Shown: positions 26,618 through 38,653, counted from the whole stretch's first letter. The stretch: 63,675 nucleotides of DNA, filler included, from Craspedostauros australis (GCA_030167865.1; 17 parts of 17 records of this genome joined end to end with filler, not necessarily neighbours in it); one strand, 5' to 3'. Numbers and translations: made by a program. Notes: generated by a model from the sequence alone, not told the origin.

Positions 26618-29026
26618 TCACGCCTCCAGCACGATGGGCTCCTTGTACGTTTTACCGTCGCTGTCCTTCGGTTTCGTGTCTCCCGCAGCGTCTGTCGCCG
26701 TCTGTGCCGCAGCGGCATCGAAGATACGCTGGGCTTCCGAGTTGGCCACCTCCCGAGCAGCATCATCGTCGGATGGTTCGGAGTGCGCGGTGATGTCCAT
26801 GAGAAAATCGAGAATGTCTTCATTGCTGAAGTAACATCCGTGCGCTGTGACAGCAGTGATGTACTCGTTGTCGATGGCTCGCGGTTGGAGTTGGTAGTCG
26901 ATGCGATTTTGTGTGGAACGACCGGCAAGTGGGAAAGCAAGAGGCGGTGGAGCAGGAGCAGCAGTTGATGGACTGTCCTTCTTCTTTGCCGGATCATCAA
27001 GTTCGTTAGCGTGACGATCAATGGCATCGATTACAGTCTTGGCATGTCCACTCACCATGTTCATGAAGTATCCCAAGGAGGCTGTGCTTTCGACGATGGA
27101 TTTTCGAATCTCTTCCACGACTTGTCCCGCCTTAACATGCAACCGCACATCTTGTCCTTGTCTTGTGAGATATAACGGCGGTGGGAGCTTCTCAGTCGGC
27201 GTCTCTTGTGGAAGTAGCAGTGGTTCGATCCGGTACGCCACGGGGTCGCTCGGGTGAAAGATGTTGTACAGCGAGCCGGTTGGCAAAGTGAACGGGGACA
27301 CCGGTATTGGTTTCGGTTGAGGCTTTGGTATATTTGGCACAGCTTTCTTGCTTGCGTACCACGGTGTTGCTGCCATCATTGGTATGGTTGCGATTGCTGT
27401 TTCCTGTTTCTTGGCTGCCGCCGACGATGCACCACTCGCGCCAGCGCTGTCAGCAGTTGCGTTCGCATTTGAACCTGCGTTGCTGTCTATTGCGTTGCCA
27501 TCATCGTCGATCTGTTCGAGTTCTTCGAAGACAGCGTGCGCTCCACGCAGGGTGAGGAACAGACCCACAGGAGATCCGAGAAAGAGGGTGAATTCTGGCA
27601 CGAAGGGCAGGCAATGCTTGAGGGGTTCCGACAGAGACGGTCCCCACGAACCCGCCTGCTGATTCATCCCTTCGTCGGATGAATAGCTGCGATACACAAC
27701 CTCCAAAGCTTCACCGTTCCTCGAGGACTGTATTCCGGACGACGGAAAACCCGAAGCCAGCTTCGATTTCTCCTGCAGGATGGATAGCAGATCCCAGCAA
27801 ATGACGGAGCCGAGGGAGTGGCCGATCAATGCGCATTGGCCTTTCTGGCTGTAGAAATCGGGATGGCATTTCTGGAAGGCAAGGTAGTTCTCATGGATTT
27901 GTTCCGTCACGCACTCTAGGACTTCATGGCAGAAGTTGGGCGTGAGGTACATCAGAACATCAAAGATGCAATCATTGGCGATGGCGCGCATGGCTGGGAT
28001 GGTATGCAACGTCGTGGCCCGCACCGACCTCATCAGCGAGCTGGATGACGAGTGGATGCGATCGTACCACTGGATGGGGATGAATTCGGTTCGCGTCGGT
28101 GGCGGGGGCAACCGCTGCTGCTTCCTGCGCGCCATGTCGCATTTCTTCTTCCATTCTTGCACCTGCTTTCTGTACATGTCACGTCTCATCCCGTTGACCT
28201 CATCCATCGACGACCTCACGTGCACAGTGTTCTTGGTCCACAGCGCTTCGCCGATGCCGTGAACGACGAAGATGACGTTGCGCACTGGGCCGAGAAGTAA
28301 CTCGTCTTCTTCTCCAGCCACGTGGTAGACACCGTAGCCACGCTGCAGGGTGTACGTTTTGCCGAACCATCCCTTGGCACACTTCTGCAGGACGAGGTTG
28401 CCATCCGATTTGGCAATCCGCATGCAGAAGTTGGGATCCTCCATGCTGATCTCCTCCTTGAGCAAATCGTCGATGCCGTCACCGAACGACGCCGCGTTTG
28501 CCACAGCACGTCTATAGAGATGCTCCGCCTTGCTTTCGTCCAGGTTCGACAACGGCACCAGCTTGGGCTTCTTTGGATTGCCGTCCACGGGATCCTCCCG
28601 CACGTACCAAACTGCCGAGGTGAGCCGCTTGTGGGGGCATCGATAGAAGTTGAATTGGATGACATTATTGACCGGATCAGCCGTTGCGCGGGAGCCTTCC
28701 ACCAAGCACTTCTTGTGGGGGTTCTTGTTCAGCGCCTGGCAATCGACGCGGCGCAGCGGCATCCAGACGTCGTCCTGCGCTTTGTGATTGCGCTGGTTCT
28801 TCGTACTGTCCTTGTCCTTGTCATTGTGATTGTCATTGCTGCTGCTTCCTTCGGTGGCGACCCCATTGTCAGCCTGCGCTTGTGTTTGTGCTTGTGCTTG
28901 TTCTGGCTGTTGCTCTCGCGTCTGTGCCTGCTGACGGGCGTCGGTGCTCGCATTGCTTGCGTCCTGCCACAGCCACACGCGCAAGGGTTCGGGTGAAGCG
29001 TCTTCGATGGCGATCCAGTTCGGCAT
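26618..29026 (-). CDS. DDHD-domain phospholipase A1 (PA-PLA1/SEC23IP family)
   Basis: VIFVVHGIG, GHSLG lipase motif, FLGSPVGLFL, NIFHPSDPVAYRIEP, RIDY and TAHGCYF; single exon of 802 aa. Confidence 0.93.
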   Translation of the reverse strand: MPNWIAIEDASPEPLRVWLWQDASNASTDARQQAQTREQQPEQAQAQTQAQADNGVATEGSSSNDNHNDKDKDSTKNQRNHKAQDDVWMPLRRVDCQALNKNPHKKCLVEGSRATADPVNNVIQFNFYRCPHKRLTSAVWYVREDPVDGNPKKPKLVPLSNLDESKAEHLYRRAVANAASFGDGIDDLLKEEISMEDPNFCMRIAKSDGNLVLQKCAKGWFGKTYTLQRGYGVYHVAGEEDELLLGPVRNVIFVVHGIGEALWTKNTVHVRSSMDEVNGMRRDMYRKQVQEWKKKCDMARRKQQRLPPPPTRTEFIPIQWYDRIHSSSSSLMRSVRATTLHTIPAMRAIANDCIFDVLMYLTPNFCHEVLECVTEQIHENYLAFQKCHPDFYSQKGQCALIGHSLGSVICWDLLSILQEKSKLASGFPSSGIQSSRNGEALEVVYRSYSSDEGMNQQAGSWGPSLSEPLKHCLPFVPEFTLFLGSPVGLFLTLRGAHAVFEELEQIDDDGNAIDSNAGSNANATADSAGASGASSAAAKKQETAIATIPMMAATPWYASKKAVPNIPKPQPKPIPVSPFTLPTGSLYNIFHPSDPVAYRIEPLLLPQETPTEKLPPPLYLTRQGQDVRLHVKAGQVVEEIRKSIVESTASLGYFMNMVSGHAKTVIDAIDRHANELDDPAKKKDSPSTAAPAPPPLAFPLAGRSTQNRIDYQLQPRAIDNEYITAVTAHGCYFSNEDILDFLMDITAHSEPSDDDAAREVANSEAQRIFDAAAAQTATDAAGDTKPKDSDGKTYKEPIVLEA

Positions 29027-30125
29027 TGTTGTGAATTGGGTTGTATTCTATCTGCAGCTTGGGTTCTTCAGGTTTGCCGTCCTACTCTATTCGGGTATAC
29101 TCGTGCGCTCTGCTCAACTCTGCTCTGCTTCGTCTGCAAGTGTTGCCTTGGAGACTTGCCCAGCGTGAATGGGGTGCGCACCCTTCGCGACGGAGATGAG
29201 GTTTGTTGCTGTTGGCTTCGTCATCGATTGTCTTGTCGTGTTCTGTTGTTCTTTGTTGGTTGATGATGGTTTGGGTGGCCTTTAATCATGAACAATAACA
29301 AACAGGACTAGCAATAGAGTGTCCCCTTGTACCGAAAACCGTGGAGCTGTGATTTGTTTGTACCTAACGGTAAACCGTGTTCATATCCTTCGACTTTTAT
29401 TTCATGATATTATAACTTGCCGGAACTCCAGGTACAACCAAGTTGCAAAAAACTTGTTTGTGTGGTCGTGGAAGAACAAGCAATCTGTCTGTCGCTCTTC
29501 GAACGCGTTATCCACACACTTTGCATGCACTTGTGGAGTTGCAGACGTGTTGTTGACCTCGTTGATCCCGAAGAACATCAGTTCATGTACAACCTCTTCG
29601 TGGCCAGACAGGATACCCTTTCAACGGTTTTGGAACCATTGTAATACTATTTATTGATTCTCTGCAACAAGCACGGCACCAAGGTCCTCTTTGGCCAAAA
29701 GAGAAACGTCCTGAACCAACAGATCCATCCGGAAGGCGAGCATGTGGTGTGGACGGAGGCTCATGAGCGAAAGACTCAAGGATGCACGTGCTCACGAGGT
29801 GGCTGAGCAGAGGGTGTCTTTCGTGTTCTGTTCTCCTCGTCTCTGCTCCAGTTTATCCGGAACGTTCTTGACAAGGCAACACGAGACATAAATGCTCTTG
29901 GTCCACAAGACCAATACGCTTCCCCGTTGACCGGGGAACCGAGCCGGCTGCGATACCAAAACAAGGTTTACTTCCCTGTGCCCATGAAGTGTGCATGGTT
30001 CGCTCTTCCTTGACGCACAACTTTCGCAATTGCGGCAGATGCTCACAAACTGAAGGAACAGCGCAAACACACTCCACTTTTCCTGCCGGCGCAAGTAGTC
30101 GTACGATACGCACCAACCTTCCATC

Positions 30126-33100
30126 ATGCGCGACGACGACCGTAACCAAACAGCCGAAGACAATACCGGCGATGGCGCAACAACTGCATCCAACAAATCC
30201 AATGGCAATGGTGAGGACTCTCCTGCGCCAGACATCACAGATGATGTCGAAGCCGGCATCGTCGAGCCACTTTCATTGCCTCCGTCGCAGGCACCAACGA
30301 CATTGATCTCGTCTGACGGCAACAACACTGCTGTTATCAGCGAGCACGATGTCATCCATAAATCTCTCACAAGCAGCTCTTTCATCGACCACATCAAGTT
30401 TGTCGTCGGACTCAAGTCCGACACCGTCTTCTCCACTTGGTACAACGAGAAAGGAAAGGCAATAAACAACTACACCTTCCAGCAGCTCTGGGATGAAGCA
30501 GGGCACTGCGCCCATCTCCTCCGCAACAAATGGGGAGTCAACAGAGGTGACCGCGTGGTCCTATGTTACGACTTCGGTCTGCACTTCTTCGCCATCTTCC
30601 TGGGATGCCTCCGTGCAGGCGTGACGGCCGTGTTGGTCTACCCTCCCGGACCGCCGCTGGTCAAGTCGCTCACCAAGATGAACAAGGTGATCGAGGATTG
30701 CGCTCCGTCACTCATCCTCACCCAAACATCCATCAATCTCCTTCGAGCCGCCGATCGCGCCAACCCAACATCCAAGAGCCGCTCCATGTGGCCAAGCGGG
30801 GTCAAGTACCAAGTCACCGATCGCATCATTCGCCATGATGGCTTCATCACGGACAAGACCAACGGCAAGAACAAGCGAGCCAAGAAAGGCTTCCTTTCCA
30901 GCCTCATCTCTGGCCGTTCATCATCGTCGCCGCCTTCATTCGATGAACCCAACATCGTAGGATCGGATCTGGCGTTCCTCCAGTACACATCCGGGAGCAC
31001 CGGCAACCCCAAGGGTGTGATGGTGACGCATGCCGCACTGAGAGCTAACATCGAACTTCTCCATGGTGGTTGGTTGGATTGCTTTGAAAATGACTTGGGT
31101 GATAGAGGCAAAATACCAAAGCGAATCACGGCATGCTCATGGCTACCGCAGTACCATGACATGGGTCTGATCCAGATGGNCATTGCGCCTTTGTCCGGTG
31201 CCTTCCGTCTCCATATGATGTCGCCCGTCTCATTTATCAGCAACCCGCTGCTGTGGATTGATCTGATCTCGCGACACAAGTGCCACATGAGCGCTGCGCC
31301 AGACTTTGCGTACCGTCTTGCAACACGCAAGTTCAACGAGGCGAAGAGCAAGCAGACTGGAAAAGGTCATCCCATCCCGAACCTCGACCTATCCAACGTG
31401 TATCATCTGCAAAACGCGGCCGAACCAACACGGCTGGACACAGAAAAGCACTTCTCTGACGCATTCTGCCCATACGGCCTGCGCGAGGAATGGTTTGTGG
31501 CTGGGTATGGTCTTGCAGAGAATGTGGTTGGCGTGAGTTTCAAGCATGGATTTCATGTTTCTACCATCCGCGAAGGTGAAGATCTGCATCCATCTGTGGC
31601 AATTGCACACCGCAATACTCTACACCAATCGATTGACATCATCATTGTGGACCCGGACACCTGCGTGCAACGTCCAGAAAATACCACTGGAGAGATCTGG
31701 ATCGCCGGGGCCTCTGTCGCAGCCGGATACTACAATCAAGCCCAGTTCACCGCCGACGAATTTCATGCGAAGCTGCAAGATCCTCCATCCGATGGCAATG
31801 GCAATGGCGATGGCGAGAATGCCGCTGACGGTGACAGCAATGGAGGCCGCCCTTCAACCAAGACGTACTTGCGAACGGGAGACTACGGATTCTACCAAGA
31901 TGATCATCTCTTCATTTGCGGACGCAAGAAGGACATCATCATCGTCAATGGTGTGAACTACTACCCGCAAGACATCGAGCACGCCGTCCAAGATGCATCA
32001 TCTTCCGTCCGTCCAGGCTGCGTCGCTGCGTTCTCGTCCGATGAATCAGGCAACGATGGACAGCTCGAGATCGTCTTTGAGATCCGATCCAACCATACAG
32101 ACGATGCCGCAACAATCTGTCAGGAGATCAGAAAGGCCGTGATGGAGCACATCGGATTGGCGCCTGTTACAATCGCAGCCGTCAAGGAACGCACCATCTC
32201 CAAAACAACAAGCGGCAAGATCCAGAGACGCCGCAACCGACAACGTTTGCATGACGGAGACCAGAAAATGATCTTGAACTTCAGCGCAAACCCAAATTCA
32301 ACCGCCCAAGTTGCACTGGATGGCGATGCCAAGACATCACCAACCGAAACCATGTCGGCGAGGAACGCAGACCAAGACGAGGACCTCCAAAGTAAGACGT
32401 TCAATGAGATCATCGCGAACGCAACGGGATCGCAAGTCAAGGGAGATGAAACATGGGAGGACGTTGGATTGTCATCCATGGGGGAACTGGAGCTCCGGCA
32501 ATCACTGTCAAAACGGTACAGCACCACCCTCCCCCCGAATTGCTTCGACATGTTCTCAACCCTCATGGATCTCGAAACATTCCTTGAGACATCGCACGGA
32601 GAACCACTCCCAACGCGTCTCCCAATGCTCAAGAGACTTACCACCATACGCAACGAGAAAAGGCTCTCCCAAACAACATCCACCGTCATCCAGATCATCG
32701 GCGTGCTCATCATCCTCTTCATGTTCGCTTTGCCCATCATTCCTGCCTACGGAATCGGCAAAGTCCTGGCCAACGACAATCGCACCCGCGTCGTCTTCTT
32801 CATCGATTCTTCGGCATTCATCTGGATGTGCTACCCGCTGGTGATCCCATTCTGGATGATCATGCTCACGCTGGAGGTCATCCTGTCGAAGTGGATCATC
32901 ATTGGCAGGTACCAAGAGGGATACACCAACCTCGCGTACTCCTGCTTTCTTCGATGGTGGTTCGTGGACCGACTGATGCACATGTGGGAAAACTTCGTCG
33001 GGCGCTTCATCGTGGGCACACCATTGATGACAGCATTCTGCTACCTCATGGGAGCAGATGTCCATCGTTCGTGCAACATCGATTCCTTCATTCGGGAGTT

Positions 33101-33860
33101 CGATCTGGCGAAAGTCGATGCCAGCGCCTTGGTGAGCAAACCGATCCGTTGCCGAATGTTCGGGCCATGGAAAGATGAACAAGGTCCCAGCTTGCGGTTC
33201 CGCAAGATCCTGGTGGGATCGAATGCCACGATCAAGGGCATTCTCATTCCGGGCGTCAAGGTCGGTTCCAACTGCTACGTGCAGCACGTTTCTGTCCTGG
33301 CGGAGGGTGCCCAAGCACCGCCCAACACCGTCATCCGAGGCAATCCTGGATATGTCGAAAGCGCGGCACCTGCAGCGGCAGAAGCGACAACGTCACAAGG
33401 CAGCAACATTATCAGCATTGACGGCAGCGACGATCCGCATCAAACAGGTGCGAGCACAGCCGCAGACGTAGACGGAAACGTAACGCCAAACAACAACGAT
33501 ACCAGATGGGCTATCCTGGGTGGCATGAAGATGACATGGCTGCTCGTCGAGCTGTACATGACCTTCTGCTGCTTCCTCATTTCCGATATCTTGGTCCGAG
33601 ATGACCTCCGAGACTGGAGATACTCCAAACTGCAATATTGGGTTGTATCCATCGGTCTGTCATCAGTGCTGCTGGTGATATCCAGCATCCTACTCAAGTG
33701 GGTGATGATCGGCAAGAAGAGACCGGGCAAAGCGAGCACCGGTATCTGGAGTGAATTCGCAGACTGGGCATGCGACTATCACTTCGACCGAGCATGCTTG
33801 ATACTCTATGGTCTGACCACCAATTCGATCATTTGGAACCTGGTCCACATGGCTCATGGA
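30126..33860 (+). CDS. NRPS-like protein: fatty acyl-AMP ligase + carrier protein + poly-epsilon-lysine-synthetase-like membrane/LbH region; 3' end cut by a gap
   Basis: FLQYTSGSTGNPKGV, SWLPQYHDMGLI, YGLAE, YLRTGD and KTTSGKIQR (FAAL); VGLSSMG carrier-protein motif; TM pairs followed by KW.IIGRY..G...FLRWW.VDRL and hexapeptide-like IKGILIPGVKVGSNCYV, with the unit starting again at KWVMIGK. Confidence 0.88.
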
Positions 33861-33962
33861 NNNNNNNNNNNNNNNNNNNNNNNNNNNNNNNNNNNNNNNN
33901 NNNNTTAATTAATTAANNNNNNNNNNNNNNNNNNNNNNNNNNNNNNNNNNNNNNNNNNNNCA

Positions 33963-35081
33963 TTGTCAACGCCTGGAAAGAAGTCATCGGGACCTGGACA
34001 AGGACAAGGAGGTGAGTCTGGGACCTGGAGAAACTGCCCATCCGAACTCCTTGGAAATGTCCTCGTCATCCAAGAAGGAGCCAAGTCATGCCCCGATGAC
34101 ACTGGAGCGGGTGGATGGATCACGTTTGACTTCAACGATGCCATCGCTGGAGATGTGCAATTCACATACGCCAAGCTTCTTGACTCTGACGACGGTAACG
34201 CACCAAAGATCAGGGTCTGGAAGACCGGTGAAGATGTGACCAAAGACCCTCGCACCAATGAGTACGACACGGCCCTGGCAGGAAACAACGGGCTGTGGTC
34301 GGACTCCTTCGACCAAGATGAAAACCAGAAGACCATGTATTCCGACCTTCAACGAATCCAATTTGAGTACTTCGGATCTGGATCCATCGCTGAGATCCGA
34401 TTCAAGCCTTCGAAGTGCCCACCCACCCTCAGCGGTATCAGCGACAGCGACAGCGATGATGGAAGCAGCAACGGAAGCAGCAGCGATGATGGTAACAGCA
34501 ACGGCAGCAACGGAAGCAACAGCGATGATGGTAACAGCAACGGCAGCAATGGAAGCAATGGAAGCAACGGCAGTAATGGTAGCAACGGCAGTAATGGTAG
34601 CAACGGTAGCAATGGAAGCAACGCTAGCAACGGAAGCAACAGCGATGATGGTAACAGCAACGGAAGCAATGGAAGCAACGGAAGCAACGGAAGCAATGGC
34701 AGCAATGGAAGCAACAGCGATGATGGTAACAGCAACGGAAGCAACGGAAGCAATGGAAGCAACGGAAGCAACAGCGATGATGGTAACAGCAATGGAAGCA
34801 ATGCTAGCAACGGCAGCACCGGCAGCAACGGCAGCAATGGAAGCAACGGAAGCAACAGCGATGATGGTAACAGCAACGGAAGCAACGCTAGCAATGGAAG
34901 CAACGCTAGCAACGGCAGCAATGGAAGCAACGGCAGCAACGGCAGCAACGCTAGCAACGGCAGCAACGCTAGCAACGGCAGCAACGCTAGCAACGGCAGC
35001 AACGCTAGCAACGGCAGCAACGGCAGCAATGGAAGCAATGGAAGCAACGGAAGCAACAGCGATGATGGTAACAGCAACGGA
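33963..35081 (+). CDS. Partial extracellular-type protein: globular domain followed by a long (S-N-G/A)n tandem repeat
   Basis: Open across the whole contig. GNVLVIQE..PDD..GGWITFDF..GSGSIAEI domain, then AGCAA(C/T)GG(A/C) 9-bp repeats punctuated by NSDDGN. Confidence 0.6.
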
Positions 35082-35181
35082 NNNNNNNNNNNNNNNNNNN
35101 NNNNNNNNNNNNNNNNNNNNNNNNNTTAATTAATTAANNNNNNNNNNNNNNNNNNNNNNNNNNNNNNNNNNNNNNNNNNNN

Positions 35182-35477
35182 TCTGTCAGATGATATCGTC
35201 ATCTGAGGTTTAGTTGGGAAGTACCTCGAGATTCTCTTGGTACCATTGATGCATGGACGGACGATATTCTGATTCTCCCAGAAATCGTTATTTGCAAATT
35301 TCCTCCAGAAATCTTGCCCCTTTTCGTGTGTTCCATTTCCCCTGTAATTCTGACGAATCACAGNATACTATNGACACGANTNTAGTTATACCGTCCAAGT
35401 GCGTATGAGAGAATAACAGGTGAACGATGCACATATACACGTACATCTTGACATATACTCACATGTACATCTCGACA
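35182..35477 (-). mobile_element. LTR fragment, same family as 2033-2838
   Basis: Reverse complement aligns to 2033-2338 and begins TGTCGAGATGTACATG. Confidence 0.6.
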
Positions 35478-36453
35478 CTGATGTGGGAGAACAAGGACGC
35501 GCGAATGTGCCGCTGCGTTCATGCACCGATGTGTCGATGGCTGAATGGGCTGGTTGGTTGATGTGGGAGAATGAGAGTGTGTTGGTTTGCGTGGGTGAGC
35601 ATCGCGGTTTTTATGACAGGAATGATTTGTTTGGATGGGGCGTTTTTGCGATGTTGGCGATGCAACCGAAAGTGATGTTGTGCAACACTGCTCTCTGTGG
35701 GCGTGCTTGGTTGCGCTCCCGTTGTTTTCTTGCGTTGAAACAAACCAGCATGACCGTACGCTCCATCAAGATGCAAATTCCTTCCTGTGTGGCCACGCGT
35801 ACACGCAGAAGCAGGCGCATTTCCATCGCAGCGATGAACTCCGCGTCAGCGTCCGCGCGTGACTTGGAACTGCCCGAAACGCCAAAACAGGATCGGGCAG
35901 TCCGTTGGCGCGGTCGAATACCACTTGGTGAATCGAAAACGAACACATTGAAGTTTCGCATTCCGCAGCAGTGTTCGCTCGTGACTTGGAATCTCCAAAA
36001 CTGCCCGAGCAGGATTGAACAGTCCGTTGGTGCAGTCGAATACGACCCAGTGGAAATGGACTCGCAACCATTTCGCTCGACATGACCACACTGAAACAAC
36101 GCCACAAAGATCCCAAAACGCGATCTCTTGGCCCCAAATGGTACTTTCATAGACGTTGATTGCGCCGGTATTGACATGTGCCAAACAATAATCGACAAGA
36201 ATGGGTCTAAGTAATGCCTTTTGTGGGTCAAAATGAACGCGAAGGCATAAATTAGTCTCAAATTCACATCAATCGGTATAGAAAGGGTCAAAAAATGCCC
36301 GAATGTTTCAGCTTGAACCGTTTATCGTTAATGTGCCTATTCAGAGCTGCAAAGCGCACAACAACACCCCCAGTTCATAGTGCCTCAGGGACCAAACCGT
36401 TCAAAACTTGAAAGAGCACTATCGAAAAATCACGAGGGGAAAGCAAAAGCAAA

Positions 36454-36524
36454 GTACCATGCCGGGATTCGAACCCGGAACCTCAGTTAGAATTACTGGT
36501 GCTCTACCGTTGAGCTACAGGCGA
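36454..36524 (-). ncRNA. tRNA-like sequence (pseudo-tRNA / Pol III unit), copy 1
   Basis: A box TAGCTCAACGGTAGAGC; perfect T arm CCGGG-TTCGAAT-CCCGG; anticodon-like arm CAGT-AATTCTA-ACTG; poorly paired acceptor stem; followed by TTTGCTTTT. Confidence 0.7.
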
Positions 36525-36910
36525 TGCGATTGCTGAACTGAACACAAGTGAAATTTATAGATAGTGGGGGCTACGGGAGTAACGTACTTAGCACTATTCG
36601 ATTTTGTGCTGATACTCCCCTACGCCACGACCGTGGACCACCTGCTCAAGAGCACTATGACGGAAAAGTTATCATCTCCCGGGCCTCCCCACAGCGGGAC
36701 ACCCTCAAAGCTGGGCGGCTAATAGTGCAGACGAAGTTGGGAGTGCTGCCGTAGCAGACAAGTGTGAGACTGGGTCGAAATCCGGNNNNNNNNNNNNNNN
36801 NNNNNNNNNNNNNNNNNNNNNNNNNNNNNNNNNNNNNNNNNNNNNNNNNNNNNNNNNNNNNNNNNNNNNNNNNNNNNNNNNNNNNNNNNNNNNNNNNNNN
36901 NAAAAGCAAA

Positions 36911-36981
36911 GTACCATGCCGGGATTCGAACCCGGAACCTCAGTTAGAATTACTGGTGCTCTACCGTTGAGCTACAGGCGA
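36911..36981 (-). ncRNA. tRNA-like sequence, copy 2
   Basis: Identical to 36454-36524; lies within a ~170-bp direct repeat (36445-36614 vs 36902-37071). Confidence 0.7.
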
Positions 36982-37210
36982 TGCGATTGCTGAACCGAAC
37001 AAAAGTGAAAATTATTGATAGTGGGGGCTACGGGAGTAACGTACTTAGCACTATTCGGTTTTGTGCTGATAAAACTGCAGTATACTAGCTGCAGAGAATG
37101 TAAAATGGGGTCACGATAGCACTAGTTGTAGAGTTTTGGCCCCTTGTTGCCACTGGTTTGCTTGCCTTTGGGAGCAACGGCGATTGTATANNNNNNNNNN
37201 NNNNNNNNNN

Positions 37211-37290
37211 TTCCTCCCTGATCCGTCTTCTACGTCACAGGAAGGATTCGACGTCATGCGAAACCACTCACAACACAAGATGTGAGTGCG
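37211..37290 (+). mobile_element. Left TIR of the mariner-like element
   Basis: Matches 1251-1335; transposase follows across the linker. Confidence 0.65.
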
Positions 37291-37515
37291 TCTCGCAGCA
37301 CGTCGCCCTTGCTTCGCGAGACAACGTGATGGCTGCGCAGCACACACCAATCGCGCCGCAACACACGCGGACCGTGCCACAACACAACGTGACGACTTCG
37401 CGACACAACACACNNNNNNNNNNNNNNNNNNNNNNNNNNNNNNNNNNNNNNNNNNNNTTAATTAATTAANNNNNNNNNNNNNNNNNNNNNNNNNNNNNNN
37501 NNNNNNNNNNNNNCT

Positions 37516-38464
37516 GATGACAACAAAATCTCTTGCAAGAAGGGTGAACTGTACTTTCAACCACTGGAGATCACGGGCAGCAAGGAATCAGTTGGTGTGC
37601 CTGATAAGCCCAAGCCGAAATACAGCCTCAAGAAATTCTTCCGCGAAAAAGAAATCCCTGCACTGGATTCGCTCGCCAGCAAAATCAAGGCCGAAACGGG
37701 AAAGAACGTGGTGATTCGGTACCAGATGGATGGCGCAGGGCCACACAGAGACACGGAACTGCTCAGGTTCATCAACGAGGAGTTCGACAGTCGCGGATGG
37801 CACCTACGATTCCAACCATCAAATTCTCCCATCACGAATGTGAAAGACGATGCAATATTCCCAGCGATGTCAAAACACGTGTCAGCACATCAAGGTAAGC
37901 ACTACGGGAGTCGCATGTTCACCACCGATGCGTTGTGGGGTGCTTGCAAAACCTGTTGGGAGCAATTTGGGCTGGACAAGCTGGCGCGTGCGTATGTTCG
38001 CCATCATCAGATCACCTACGCAATTTGTGCTGCGAAAGGAGGTGACGAATTTGTGACGGAGCGCAAGGGCCTGAGCATGAATGTGTGGAAACACACGTTC
38101 ACCAAAACTGACAAGGACGGCAATAAGATTGGCATTACTGTGTCTCACACGGACTTCGTGTTGGAGGAGGATGCGGCAACCAACACGACCACCAAGAAAC
38201 CAGCTGCAACAGGCACCAAAGGCAAATCAGCTGACTTCAAATACGCCAAGCCCGACATCAAAGGTATGTACGATGATGCGCTCAAGGTGATGGCTGTCAG
38301 TGGTCTGCAGTGCCTGAAAACGAACCTGCCAACAACCAGCAGCCTCATTCCATTGCTGGAGAAGCAAATCGTTGTGACCACCAAAGCCAATGAGGAGGCT
38401 GAGCAACAGAAGAAAGGCAAGAAGAAGACGCCCAGGAAGAGCAAAGCCGAGATCATTGAGCCTC

Positions 38465-38548
<84 letters not shown>

Positions 38549-38569
38549 NNNNNNNNNNNNNNNNNNNNN

Positions 38570-38653
<84 letters not shown>

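Noticed and set aside
34258..35133. Alternative-frame (MEATA)n ORF and antisense (LLP)n ORF
   Set aside because: By-products of the 9-bp repeat; only the SNG frame is continuous with the globular domain.
35480..36400. 221-aa and 226-aa ORFs on opposite strands
   Set aside because: No recognisable domain or coding-like composition; probably non-coding or transposon-derived.
36454..36524. Functional tRNA-Glu(TTC)
   Set aside because: The acceptor stem has about three mismatches and the anticodon loop lacks U33 and purine 37.
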